From contig NC_043003.1 of NCBI RefSeq assembly GCF_006345805.1, positions 42,904,001-42,968,000 on the forward strand: a stretch of DNA of 64,000 nucleotides. The letters run 5' to 3'. Shown here piece by piece: positions 1 to 11,622 of this stretch. This DNA is from Octopus sinensis. Lineage: Eukaryota. The notes beneath the pieces are model-generated. The model made no database searches. It was not told the origin of the DNA and was given only the letters and a program-made list of their open reading frames with translations. How positions within the stretch are numbered: position 1 is the stretch's first letter; each line of letters opens with the position of its first letter. Position numbers and translations under genes: made by a program.

Positions 1-2198
1 TCGTGAATATACAAGGATCACAAATGACAAGTGATTAGCTGTAGAAATAAGATTGTAATGACAGTCACTTCACTATACACTTACAAAATTTAAACTCTTC
101 GAATTTCTCAGAAGCTATCCTTCAGCTGAAAGGAGATGTAAACTGTAAAGGACACCTAAATTATTATCGTTTTATTGTAACACTAAATTAGACCTCGTTC
201 AGCCGACCTATAAATCAAAGGCATTCGAATTCAAACGAATGGAGTGACACAATTTATCTAGGACTGCGATTCGAGGGATGTTTCGCTGTTATTTATAGTA
301 GTTTGAGTAGCTACGAAGGGGTTCCCTCATAAACGAAACCAATCTACTCGGTGGATTAGTTGTTTTAAGTCATTTGTGTGAATTCAGTTAAAGACGGAAA
401 TCTCTTCCAAGGAAATCTATATCTGAAATGAAGTTGGTACAAATAATCTTGAGCATTCCTTTATCATACGTATTCAATGAATCCAACATTAGCATCGATG
501 GTTCAATACGGGGTCGGAAGCATTGACATGCCCGAGTCAGATGATTTTATCAATTTTGGACTTAATGCTGGTTATGGTGGACTGGAAAAATTGTATGGTG
601 TTATAGGATAGTTGATTAACCCCTCTCTCTCGACCACGCCCCATACCTAATATTCCAGCGGATTGAGATCTGAGGAGCAAGGAGACCATGATCATAGATA
701 TTGGCAAGTATCCACTCTTGGGTTGTACTAGCCTTGAGAGACGACACAGCCTTGTTTAAAGACGTACAATCTCCGTTACGTACACTGTCTTACTGAAAAG
801 TAAGGTAAAAAGTATATTAAAAGAAAGTTAGATATCTGGAAAGAGGTGTCCGCTAAAAGAAAAAGTGAAAAACTGACACGCCTTGTAATATGCACAGCGA
901 CTTACAGCGTGGCGAGCATATGTGCATTGCAATAAAACATGACAGAGCTCCATCATTCGACGATGAGGATTATGTTATTTGATCGAATGAATTACCTACT
1001 CCTGAATTAGTATATAAGTGACTAAGCATATACACATACTACACTTAGTAAGTAAGTGGCTAAGCATGTACCCATATGTATCCTTCATGTAATTCGTAGA
1101 CAGAATCAGTACGGCACAGTGTGTGACAAGGCAGTACATTTGTAATCATAAATACTACCCACACAAGCGGGTTATACTATTTCCATCTACGCAATTTCAC
1201 TCACATAGTTTAGATCCGTCGGAGGCTATAGAAAATTACTCTTGCCCAAGAAGCCACGCAGTTGGATAGAACCTGAATCCTCGTAGTAATGAAGCGAACT
1301 TCTTAACCATTCGGATATACTGCACTAATGCTGCAATGAAATCCACCACAGAATAACATGTAGTAAGCTACTATTATGCTTGAGGAATAGTAACTATTAT
1401 TATTTTTATGCTTGTAAAGCCAGACAAAAGTTCTTGCGATATTCTACACGGCTCTTTATAATCGTGTTCAAAACTGCCGAGGTCAGCACTTACTTTTATA
1501 ATCCTACGGTTGATAAAATATGCACTGTCGTCCCCTCATTGCATTTGGTTTATTCATTTGTTTATCTATTTATATTACTATATGGTCAAATGAATTTCTG
1601 CCTTCATGATCACCCCCTACTAATTTAATTTCGGACTTATTATAGGCAATTATATGTGTAGTACATTGATACTAGCCTCCGCCGCATTTTAATTAGGTCC
1701 ATTCTATAGCGAGTCATGTGTGTTTGGCATCGGAGTATGAATTGATGAAATTACAATGAACAAGCTAAACCAGCTGGAATAACAGACTTCACAGATCTAT
1801 TCTCCCACGAATTGTCTCTGCTAATTAGGCTCGACTTCATTAAAACCAGTTGGTCGGTTGAGGCTTTTGACATCTCTCAACATATTCAACTTCTTCAACG
1901 TCTTTGTATTTTGTGTTTTAAAGATACATATAAGAAAAGAAAACAAAATGTAATGATAACAATATCAAACAGCATGTAGTTGAAGACATGTCTATGTGAG
2001 GTAGAATCTCACTGTGCAATCATATGGTTTCTTGTTCGATCCAGCTATACGCAACATTGTGCGTTATATGTGTGTGTGTGTGTGTGTTTGTGTGTGTACG
2101 CGTGCGTTCGTGTGTATGTGTATGAATATATATGTATATATACAAATCTTACTCTCTCTATCTTTCTCTTTATCTATCTATCTATGTATCTATCTATG

Positions 2199-2271
<73 letters not shown>

Positions 2272-2334
2272 CTCTATCTCTATCTCTCTCTATCTATCTA
2301 TTTACCTATATATATACCTATAAATATATATACA

Positions 2335-2750
2335 TGGAGAAAAACTGGAACGAGATAAGGAATAGGGTGATCACTCTCGCCCGGCAATGGGCCAAGAGGA
2401 AACTGTCCCTAAAAGGTCGGACGGAGGTGGCGAACTCGTACATCGTGTCCGTCATCTACTACCTATTTCTTTATTACCCACAAGGGGCTAAACACAGAGG
2501 GGACAAACAAGGACAGACATAGGTATTAAGTCGATTACATCGACCCCAGTGCGTAACTGGTACTTAGTTTATCGACCCCGAAAGGATGAAAGGCAAAGTC
2601 GACCTCGGCGGAATTTGAACTCACAACGTAACGCAGACGAAATACCGCTAAGCATTTCGCCCGGCGTGCTAACGTTTCTGCCAGCTCGCCGCACGTCATC
2701 TACTACCGCCTGACCGTTGTGCCTTGTCCCGACCCTACCATCATCAAACT
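2335..2750 (+). mobile_element. Tx1/L1-clade LINE ORF2 fragment (post-RT region), split by a SINE insertion
   Basis: Translates MEKNWNEIRNRVITLARQWAKRKLSLKGRTEVANSYIVSVIYY and resumes after the SINE as VIYYRLTVVPCPDPTIIKL; resembles the W..R.LSL.GR..V.N motif of L1/Tx1 ORF2. Confidence 0.75.
2464..2693 (-). mobile_element. tRNA-derived SINE, family B (long tail), full length with TSD
   Basis: Minus strand has A-box TGGCAGAAACG, B-box GTTCAAATTCC and central GCCTTTCATCCTTTCGGGGTCGATAAA..AGTACCAG (MetaSINE/Sauria-like core, from recall). 14-bp TSD cgtcatctactacc at 2450-2463 and 2694-2707. Confidence 0.9.
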
Positions 2751-2959
2751 AAATCACTCAAACCTAGAATATAAAATAAAAAATAAGCCCTGTGTATGAA
2801 TAATGCAGATGTTAGCAGTGATAATGTTGATAATAACGGTGCTGATAACGATCATGGTTATATTTTTGTTGTTTATCTCAAGGTCAGCCTTCATCAAGCA
2901 GACTTATGTTCAAATGTAATCCAGAATTGTCCATGCCATCTTTCTTTTATTCATAGCCT

Positions 2960-3180
2960 ATCTTTTACATTTGACTTGGTCCCGTCAATACACTGCGGCC
3001 GTGCTGAAGCACCACCCTGGAGAATTTAGTCGAACGAATTGACCCCAGGGTTTATTATTTTTTTAAAGTCCGGTACTTATTCTATTGGTCTCTTTTGCCG
3101 AACCATTATGTTACTGGGACATAAACACGCAAACACCGGTTGTCAAGCGGTGAGAGATGTAAACACACATACAAATGCAA

Positions 3181-3219
<39 letters not shown>

Positions 3220-3415
3220 AACACACACACACACACAAACACATACGCACAGATTCAACGAGCTTCCTTCAGTTTCCGTATACTTAATCCACTCTCAAGG
3301 CTTTACTCGGCCCGGGGCTATATTAGGAGACACTTGCCCAATGTGCCATGCTGTCACGCTATGCAACTGAACCCCTAAAGCACGTGGTTACGAATCAAAC
3401 TTCATATGACCACAT
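2960..3415 (-). mobile_element. CORE-type SINE, family A (octopus OR-like), diverged
   Basis: Homologous along its length to the clean copy at 62226-62637 (ttgccgaacc, gacacttgcccaa, gaaccc), with an internal (CA)n. Confidence 0.8.
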
Positions 3416-3430
3416 TATTAAATGTAGCCT

Positions 3431-3648
3431 TAAGGTGGTGAACTGGTAGAATCGTTAGCACGCCGGCCAAAATGCTTAGTGATATTTCGCCCATCTCTAC
3501 ATTCTGAGTTCAAATTCCGTCGATGTCGTCTTTGCCTTTCATCTTTTCGGGGTCGATTAATTTAGTACCAGTGAAACACTGGGGTCGAAGTAATCGACAA
3601 GTTCCCTCCTCCAAATTTCAGGCCTTGTGCGTTTTGTAGAAAAGATTA
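3431..3648 (+). mobile_element. SINE family B (short-tail variant)
   Basis: Head gttagcacgccggcc..gagttcaaattcc, core tttgcctttcatcttttcggggtcgat, tail aaatttcaggccttgtgc..tagaaaaga. Confidence 0.85.
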
Positions 3649-3707
3649 TTAGAGGTAGCCTTTGTCTTCCTATAGATTTGGTTCTTATTCTAGCTAGTCG
3701 AGCGAGC

Positions 3708-4061
3708 GGTGGAGGCGCAATGGCCCTGTGGTTAGTGCAGCGGACTCGCGGTTGTAGGATCGCAATTTCGATGTGAGTGCTTATTGAGACAAAAAAAAAA
3801 CCTAAAGCTCCGCGAGGCTCTGGCAGGGGGTGGGGGCGAACCCTACTGTACTCTTTCACCACAACTTTCTCTCACTCTTTCTTCCTGTTTCTGTTGTACC
3901 TGTATTTCAAAGGGCTAGCCTTGTTACTCAGTGTCACGCTAAATCTATGTTAAGTGTCTGTGGAGTGCTCAGCCACTTGCATATTAAATTCACGAGCAGG
4001 CTGTTCCGTTGTTCGGATCAAGTGGAACCCTCGTCGTTGTAACCGACGAAGTGTCACGACA
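3708..4061 (+). mobile_element. tRNA-derived SINE, family D, with TSD
   Basis: tRNA-like head ggaggcgcaatggccc.gtggttag; body shared with 61450-61836; 12-bp TSD agtcgagcgagc at 3696-3707 and 4062-4073. Confidence 0.85.
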
Positions 4062-4439
4062 AGTCGAGCGAGCACACAGAGGCCCCTTGATACTACGGGC
4101 TGTTGTGACAAACTTCAGCAAGATCTACAAGTCCCCCCGCCCTAGATAAGTAGATGACAAAATTATGAAAACTATTCTCCTTTATTTTTGTTAAGTAATA
4201 TACAGTGTGACTTGAAGGAGATTTAGTAATTATTTCGAGGAGGCACAGAGACCTCGTTAGACTCCTAACATTGACTTTTGGTGGCGATGCTGAAGGGGAT
4301 GCTGCTATGGTTGACAGTATAGAGGTTAACAACAATATCGTTATTAGCGATGATAGTGATTTCAAATTTTGGCACAGAGCCAGCAATTTCGGATGAGGGG
4401 TTAAATCAATTACAGCAACTCTTGTACTCAATTGGTATT

Positions 4440-5170
4440 TATTTTACCGATGCCGGAAGGATAAAATACAAAGTGGATTTCGGCAGAATTTGAACTCAGA
4501 ACTACAGACAGACGATCTGCTGCTACGCACTCTGCTGCCAGGTATACTAATGATTCTTATTTCTTTACTACCCACAAGGGGTTAAACACAGAGAGGACAA
4601 ACAAGGACATCGACCCCAGTGCGTAAATGGTACTTATTTTATTGGCCCCCGAAAGGATGAAATGCAAAGTCGACCTCGGCGGAATTTGAACTCGGAACGT
4701 AACGGTAGACGAAATACCTATTTCTTTACTACCCACAAGGGGTTAAACACAGAGGGGACAAACAAGAACAGACAGATGGCTTAAGTCGATTATATCGACC
4801 CCAGTACGTAACTGGTACTTAATTTATCTACTCCGAAAGGATGAAAGGCAAAGTCGACCTCGGCGGAATTTGAACTTAGAACGTAACGACAGGTGAAATA
4901 CGGCTAAGCATTTCGCCCGGCGTGCTAACGTTTCTTATTTCTTTATTGCCCACAAGGGGCTAAACATAGAGGGGACAAACAAGGACGGACAAAGGGACTA
5001 CGTCGATTACATCGACTCCAGTGCGTAACTGGTACTTAATTTATCGACCCCGAAAGGATGAAAAGCAAGGTCGACCTCGGCGGAATTTGAACTCAGAACG
5101 TAACGGCAGACGAAATACGGCTACGCATTTCGCCCGGCCTGCTAACGTTTCAGCCAGCTCACCGCCTTAG
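4440..5170 (-). mobile_element. Cluster of about four head-to-tail family B SINE copies, some truncated
   Basis: Repeated tail tatttcttta..cccacaagggg and core aaagtcgacctcggcggaatttgaact; tails start at about 4558, 4719 and 4937, plus a partial copy at about 4440-4540. Confidence 0.85.
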
Positions 5171-6713
5171 CAATAGTGATGATACTGAACGGAGATTGGA
5201 GAAATTTCTTACACTAGTAGTAATTATGATGGCAGTTGTGTGATGGTGGCGGCGAAAGTACTGTCTATGGAGGTTATAGTTGTGGCGACGAAAGATCTAA
5301 TCAGATATAAATTAATTTGGACAGATTTTCATCTAACCAATTACTTATTTTTATATTGATTTTGTTATTACCATTGTTATAAATTTTTGTTGCTCTTTAA
5401 TTTTTCTTCTAGTATTATTGCTTTTCTTTCTGTTGCTCTTTATCTTTTTTTTTCTTTCCTTTTTCGTTTTCTTTCATTCTTGATATCTCCATAGTGTTTC
5501 TCGACATTTCAGTCCTTGCTGACCTGTATCAAAACTATTTGACCTATAACAGAAGTTTGACCGGTACGGCTATCCACACACACGTACACAACACACACAC
5601 ACACACACACACGCATACAAAGACACACAGATATACACATACACACATTCAAACAAAAACCTATAAGAACTCGTACGCACTAACAACTACTAATGAACTT
5701 TGGCACGTGACTCATTCCATTATATATCTAGAACATTCCCGCGATACTCTATCTGCCGGTCTCTCTCTCTCTCTCCCTCCCTCCCTCCCACTTCCTCTGT
5801 AATAAGTCCTTCAGAATTCCAATTTTTTTCTCGATATATTTCCTTGTCTTTTTTATTTACCTTCTTTAATTTCCTGTTTCATTTTATCGCATTGATTCTT
5901 TCACACTTTCTTTCATTCCTTTTTTCTTTCTATTCATTTTCCATTTCCTTCCTACCTTTTGTTTCTTTTCTCTCATTCTTTCCTTCTTTTGTTTTTTGTT
6001 TTTGTTTTTTGCTACCATTTTTTCCCCCACAATTCCAGCTTTTCCTACTTTGTTTCAACTCTCAGACCTTTGTTTATTTGCTTCTCTCTGTCTTCTTTCC
6101 TTTCTTTCATTCTTCACCTTAACTTCTCTCTCTTTCCTCTTTTCTTTTTCCATATGCATTCATTCGAACAGAAGCGAATCTCTACATGATACCACGACCT
6201 GCAATAAATAAAAACCAGAATTCACTCAACTCTCACATTCAGTCGGGCACTCACGACTCACCCATCTTTTCTCCTCTTCTTAATTATTCATGCTGTGTCC
6301 ATCCTCTAGGCGTCACAATCAGTCCGTCATACCCAGAAGGTTGTGACTCTCGTATACTCCATCCCGAAATTGCAAAAGTTTAAGCTGAACCCTATCTATA
6401 TAATTGACACAGGTCATGGAGTGCATTCCAAGGTCGTGTGTACAAACCCCTTATCCAAAACTAATTAGAAAAAAAAAAAAAGAAACCTTCACTTCAGATT
6501 GACTTTCAAAACTGAATAAATGAATATGCCCATCTGCATGAGTGAAGGTTTGGGAGCCTTGGTAATAACTCTGCCCCACCTCACTCACACACTGGTCCCA
6601 TGGTGCGGCTGTACAGCCCGGCACACTTTTCACTGTTCTATCCTGATATCCTAACATCATTTCTCCTTCTTCGTCTTTGCAAGCCCGTTTTCTTCCCACT
6701 CAATCCTCTAGAG

Positions 6714-6899
6714 TAGTGTTCCGCAGCTTCTCTTCGGTTGAGGTGCGTTTATATTCTTTTCAAATGTCGGCGGCACACCTGAACTAAAAATATAGCTAAT
6801 AGTATACGGAGAAAAATTATATTCAGGTTACACTGCAGCACATTTAGCATCGTGTTGTGGCACACCACTTTACCGCAACATACTAGTTGCGGAGTACTG
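6714..6899. mobile_element. hAT (Charlie-like) MITE, 186 bp
   Basis: Imperfect TIRs tagtgttccgcagc / gttgcggagtactg; 8-bp TSD ctctagag at 6706-6713 and 6900-6907, matching the NTCTAGAN hAT target preference. Confidence 0.8.
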
Positions 6900-6953
6900 C
6901 TCTAGAGTACGAGTACGGAGGTTTTGGATCTTCATAGCGTGGCCAACATATTG

Positions 6954-7522
6954 TATCGGGTTGTCCTGAAAGTTCGTGCTGATTTTTAAAGGAAAGAAAA
7001 AGCTCAATAAATACTTGCCATAAAATTTTTAATCAACCAAATATGAACCATTTTCTGGCACAATGCGTCTCCATCTTTTCTTTAACTTGAAAATACCCTC
7101 TTCCCAGAATTGAGGTGGTTTCATGGCAAAGAATTCATCAAAGTATCTTTTTACGTCGTCCGAGGAATTGAAATGTTTACCATTAAGACTATTCTGTAGA
7201 GACCTGAATACGTGGAAATCCGAAGAAGCAATATTTGGGGAATGTGGAAGGTGGGGTAACACATCCCAGCCGAGCTGCAGCTATTTTTGTTTGGTTCCCA
7301 AAGCATCAAGTGCCAAAAATGAACTTTCTTATCTTCTATTTTAAAGGATTATAGAATTAACACAGGTTATAGGAACATAAACCTTCTTCCGTGAAAAGAT
7401 AGCTTAACTGTGCTCTAAATGGAGGTGTAGTCAAATCCTATTTTATGGACTCAACCATGTTCTAAAATAAGTCGAAAGGCAAGCTAATATAAATCGGCAC
7501 GAACTTTCCAGACAACCCAATA
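6954..7522 (-). mobile_element. Internally deleted mariner transposon
   Basis: TIRs ta-tcgggttgtcctgaaagttcgtgc / gcacgaactttccagacaacccaa-ta. Minus strand gives the N-terminus (I)EDKKVHFWHLMLW fused to the C-terminus LQLGWDVLPHLPHSPNIASSDFHVFRSLQNSLNGK..GIFKL..RW...NGSY (YSPDLAPSD motif). Confidence 0.92.
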
Positions 7523-8034
7523 CTTTTCGCCCTCTGATCATCATCACTACTTTTCTTTCTCCCCCCCATCCCGTCCAGGACTGTATCTTTCTATGGGATG
7601 CCCGAATCAGTAAAGTAGTTAGCTACATGTTGGATATTATGACCCTAGACTTACGTTCTGCTTACCATCATATCGCAATCTGCGTTAGTGTATTATAATT
7701 TTTATTGGCGAGTAAAATACATTGAGTTCCTTAATTATATAGACATAGATCTAACTAAGGTTTCAGTTTTCAGCTACATGGTTTCAAGTTCGATCCTACA
7801 GAGTGGAACTTAAAGCAGGTGTCATAGTACAGGATGGACAAAACTTTAGTTTTTTTTCTATCCTATACTATGACAAGCCAGCAGAAACATTGTGGAAACC
7901 TGTCAGATGGACAAGTGTGGTTATTGAGCGGTCTACTTAACCCGTCACCTAATTTAGCATTACTGACACCCTCAAATCTCTGTAGCAAGATTGTTGGCCA
8001 TACCTTCAATCAAACGGTAATTTGCTCGCTTTTG

Positions 8035-8557
<523 letters not shown>

Positions 8558-8564
8558 CCGGAAC

Positions 8565-8953
8565 AAGAACGCAACGGACGACAATGAAAACATAGGGACA
8601 GAAGGTCGATACGAAGATGGACTGGAAAACCAAGAGGAAATTTTCGTGGCTTTCTATTCTTCAGTCAAGCTTCTAATCATCATTACAGTTTCGGCCTGTT
8701 ACACTTGAGACAGTTCAAAATTTGTAGGCCACAAAAATCTAAGCTAAGAGCATTACATTTAATGTCTTTAACTCAGATTTTTGGGGCCTACCAATTTTGA
8801 ACTGTCTCAAGTGTAAGAGGTCGAAACTGTAATGATGATTAGCGGCTTGACTGAAGACTAGAAAGCTACGAATATTCCCTCTTGGTTTACCTGTCCATCT
8901 TTGTATCGTTCTTCTGTCCCTATGTTTTTATTGTCGTCCGTTCCGTTTTTCTT
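8565..8953. repeat. Long fold-back inverted repeat (~185-bp arms)
   Basis: 8565-~8750 is the imperfect reverse complement of ~8765-8953 (acacttgagacagttcaaaa / ttttgaactgtctcaagtgt; catagggacagaag / cttctgtccctatg). Confidence 0.9.
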
Positions 8954-9109
8954 AAAATTTATACATAAAAAGAGCGGCGTACGTACGCCTTTTGCATAGC
9001 TTGTAAGTAACTATATATATAGTTGTCAATATACCATATATCTGGATAAGAAACACACTCTAAAGTATAGAGCAGTATAGTGTTAAATCACTAAAGTTAA
9101 AGTCTGATC

Positions 9110-9540
9110 ATGGGGTGACCAATGGTTTCGCATCTACGAAAGCTGCGGCGTTGGTTTGTTGTTGTTGGCATCTTTTTGTCTCGGGACATGTCCTCTCCAG
9201 TCTCCTCTCCAGTTTTGCGTAGGCCTGGGCTAGATGTAAGAAAATACTGGGTTGCACAATCGTCAGGATTCCTCTCTCGACCTTGCTGTCGTAGTCCAAA
9301 GGAGCGCAGAGCATTACGTTTGGCACCAGCTTGGTTGCAGGAGCTGCCAGAAGAGTGTCGAGTCGAACACTCAGCCTCTTACGGGGCTCCACTCTGGATT
9401 TCCTTGAAGGTTGTCTCCTTTCAGTAATCCTATAGGGGCTCATACCGGGTACTGTCAGCAGGAGCCAGCTGAGTCCGGGACTCGTGTAAGGCAGGGTCGT
9501 CACTCCCTGAAGTAGTGAAGAAAATCGCTACCCACTACCT
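9110..9540 (-). mobile_element. Decayed Ty3/Gypsy gag remnant
   Basis: Across shifted frames: WQLLQPS..CSAL, PLDYDSKVERGILT, GLRKTGEETGEDMSRDKK and RRSFRRCETIGH (degenerate CCHC knuckle). These resemble Gypsy gag W.LLLQS..AYSAL..DY.KVK.AIL..FR.LRK; stops and frameshifts present. Confidence 0.5.
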
Positions 9541-10194
9541 ATGTTGTAGACATATATATCACTATATCGACCAGACTATCGCAGGTTTTCATATACTGTC
9601 AGTCACGATGCACTTTTTTGCATTGTTGTGCCTTTCAAACGATGCCAGTCTGTCTCAGGATAACTCACTAACAGCAGGGTGGACTGGAGCTAGGTGAAAT
9701 GAAGAGCTTTGTTATTACAACCATCACCATCATAACACCACCACTACCACCACCGCCCTCCCCCACCACCAGAACAACAACAACAACGACGACGACGACA
9801 AAAGCAATGTTAAAATTTGTGAAAATAGTTTTGAAGTAACATAACGAAATTCTCCTTGACCAGGTCAAAGGATATTGACCGTAGATAAAGGTAACTTTCG
9901 TTGAAACGTTCGCTATAAGTGGACAGTGAAAGTACTGCGAAGAAAAAGACTGAAACACAATGTCGGTGGATAGGCGGACAGGCGAACAAGCGAACAAGCG
10001 GATAGGCGGACAGTCTAGTGGTAATAATGATGGTGGATAATATACTAATAATAGAGAAAGTGATGGGTAGTGTGTGTAAGTACATGTATGTGTGAGTATA
10101 TGTATATATATATATGTATGTGTGTGTGTGTGCGTGCGTGTATACAGTGTGCGTATATATATGTGTATAAATATATATACATATATATATATAT

Positions 10195-10806
10195 CATCAC
10201 AATCAAGGAACGGCCATAATATGCCATTCACCCACTAGAAATAACAGCCAAAAGCTTCAACCGCAAAATAACATCAATTCCGTAAACCAGGAGAAAATTA
10301 AAAAACATTTACCCTATAATTTCTTATACGATGCACCGTTTCATCTACTGTTTAATGGTAAACTAACCTGATTAAATTAAATCAAGCCAATCTACCATAG
10401 GCCCTTAGATTCATCAGTAAGAAATAGCCAAGTCGGAACAGATATTTTTCACGAGGCATTCCCGTCCCTGCCTCGGCAATATCTGACCTAAAATTTTCAA
10501 ATCATCGCACTCGCGCCAAATTTATCGGCAGCAAATAAATATAAGCCGCCGATTCCATTACGGAATTAACCAGAACATTCATAATTAATCAATATAGGGT
10601 GGCAAAAAATTTTGTAGAATTTTTTTGCCACCAGCGGCCTAGTGGGAAAAAAATTAAATAGTCATAGACCATTTTTAAGTTCAACATCACAATCAAGGAA
10701 CGGCCATAATATGCCATTCACCCACTAGAAATAACAGCCAAAAGCTTCAACGAAAAAATAACATCAATTCCGTAAACCAGGAGAAAATTAAAAAACATTT
10801 ACCCTA
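10195..10806 (-). mobile_element. Putative non-LTR retrozyme (1.25 copies of a 490-bp non-coding unit)
   Basis: 122-bp direct repeats at 10195-10316 and 10685-10806; TA-rich microsatellite on both flanks; complete hammerhead inside; many internal complementary segments; no ORF. Confidence 0.75.
10319..10426 (-). ncRNA. Type I hammerhead ribozyme with extended stem II
   Basis: Minus strand: stem I AUUUCUUA, core CUGAUGA, stem II AUCUA..(long hairpin)..UAGAU, GAA, stem III ACG-gugcau-CGU, cleavage triplet GUA, stem I' UAAGAAAU. All core nucleotides are canonical. Confidence 0.85.
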
Positions 10807-10811
10807 AGGAA

Positions 10812-10846
<35 letters not shown>

Positions 10847-10852
10847 ATTATA

Positions 10853-10884
<32 letters not shown>

Positions 10885-11400
10885 CATATGTATATACATA
10901 CACCTCCACCACATATATATAATAAAAATGGATGTGTGTGTGTGTGTATGTGTCTGGCTGTGTGTACGCCTATAGGAAGACAAACTATAACGTGGATATG
11001 AAAAATTAAAAGTTAATTCTTGTATAAAATTTCACGACGAAGACAATGGAAGTAGACCCGAGTCTCTAGCCACTCTCCGAAAGGAGCTACCGGCCCTTTT
11101 CCAAAACGTACAAAATCGCATTTCAAAAATAAATGAAGGGTCTAACGGATATAATTTTTATATGCCACTTCCAAATTAACAATAAATAAATGAGAAGTCG
11201 CAGGGAATTAACTTTTATCGGATTAACATACTACCTATTTTATTTTTTTATCGGTTTCAGCTCAAAGCTGTGGCCATGATGGGTCATGCTTGTTCGTCTA
11301 TATTTTTTAAAACCAGACACTAGCCACTATGAATTATTTCCTTATACCTATTTTTTCTGATTTATTAAGGCCATAATTTTTTACTCTTTGATATATATAT

Positions 11401-11622
11401 AAGACTTGGGCCTTAAAAATACAAAACATGGTACAAGACTTCTGATGAAGGTACACGACTTCAAAGATCAAAACTTTTCATACACCCCTCGAGTATATAT
11501 ATATATATATATACTCGAGGGGTGTATGAAAAGTTTTGATCTTTGAAGTCGTGTACCTTCATCAGAAGTCTTGTACCATGTTTTGTATTTTTAAGGCTCA
11601 AGTCTTTTGACACACCCCTCAC
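11401..11622. mobile_element. Mariner-type MITE with an inverted (fold-back) duplicate
   Basis: MITE at 11512-11622 (TIR cgaggggtgtatgaaaagttttga). 11401-11493 is its reverse complement with one mismatch, separated by a 20-bp (TA)n. Confidence 0.85.

Noticed and set aside
3708-3790. Functional tRNA genes at SINE heads (also 53629, 61770-61836, 62560-62637)
   Set aside because: A and B boxes are present, but there is no complete cloverleaf and each continues into a SINE body.
5512-5562. 51-nt plus-strand exon VLADLYQNYLTYNRSLT
   Set aside because: The donor (GTACGG) is weak, the pyrimidine tract is low-complexity DNA, and the segment has internal short repeats; not enough support.
8820-8880. 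Hammerhead in the fold-back arms (CUGAAGA..GAAA)
   Set aside because: Stem II closure is broken and stem I cannot be formed in either arm.
9112-9125. LTR end plus primer-binding site (CA-t-TGGTCACCCC on the minus strand)
   Set aside because: No second LTR and no downstream gag; the same bases fit better as the gag zinc-knuckle remnant.
11436-11470. CUGAUGA in the MITE palindrome as a hammerhead
   Set aside because: There is no GAAA after the stem and no stem I or III; it is internal MITE sequence.
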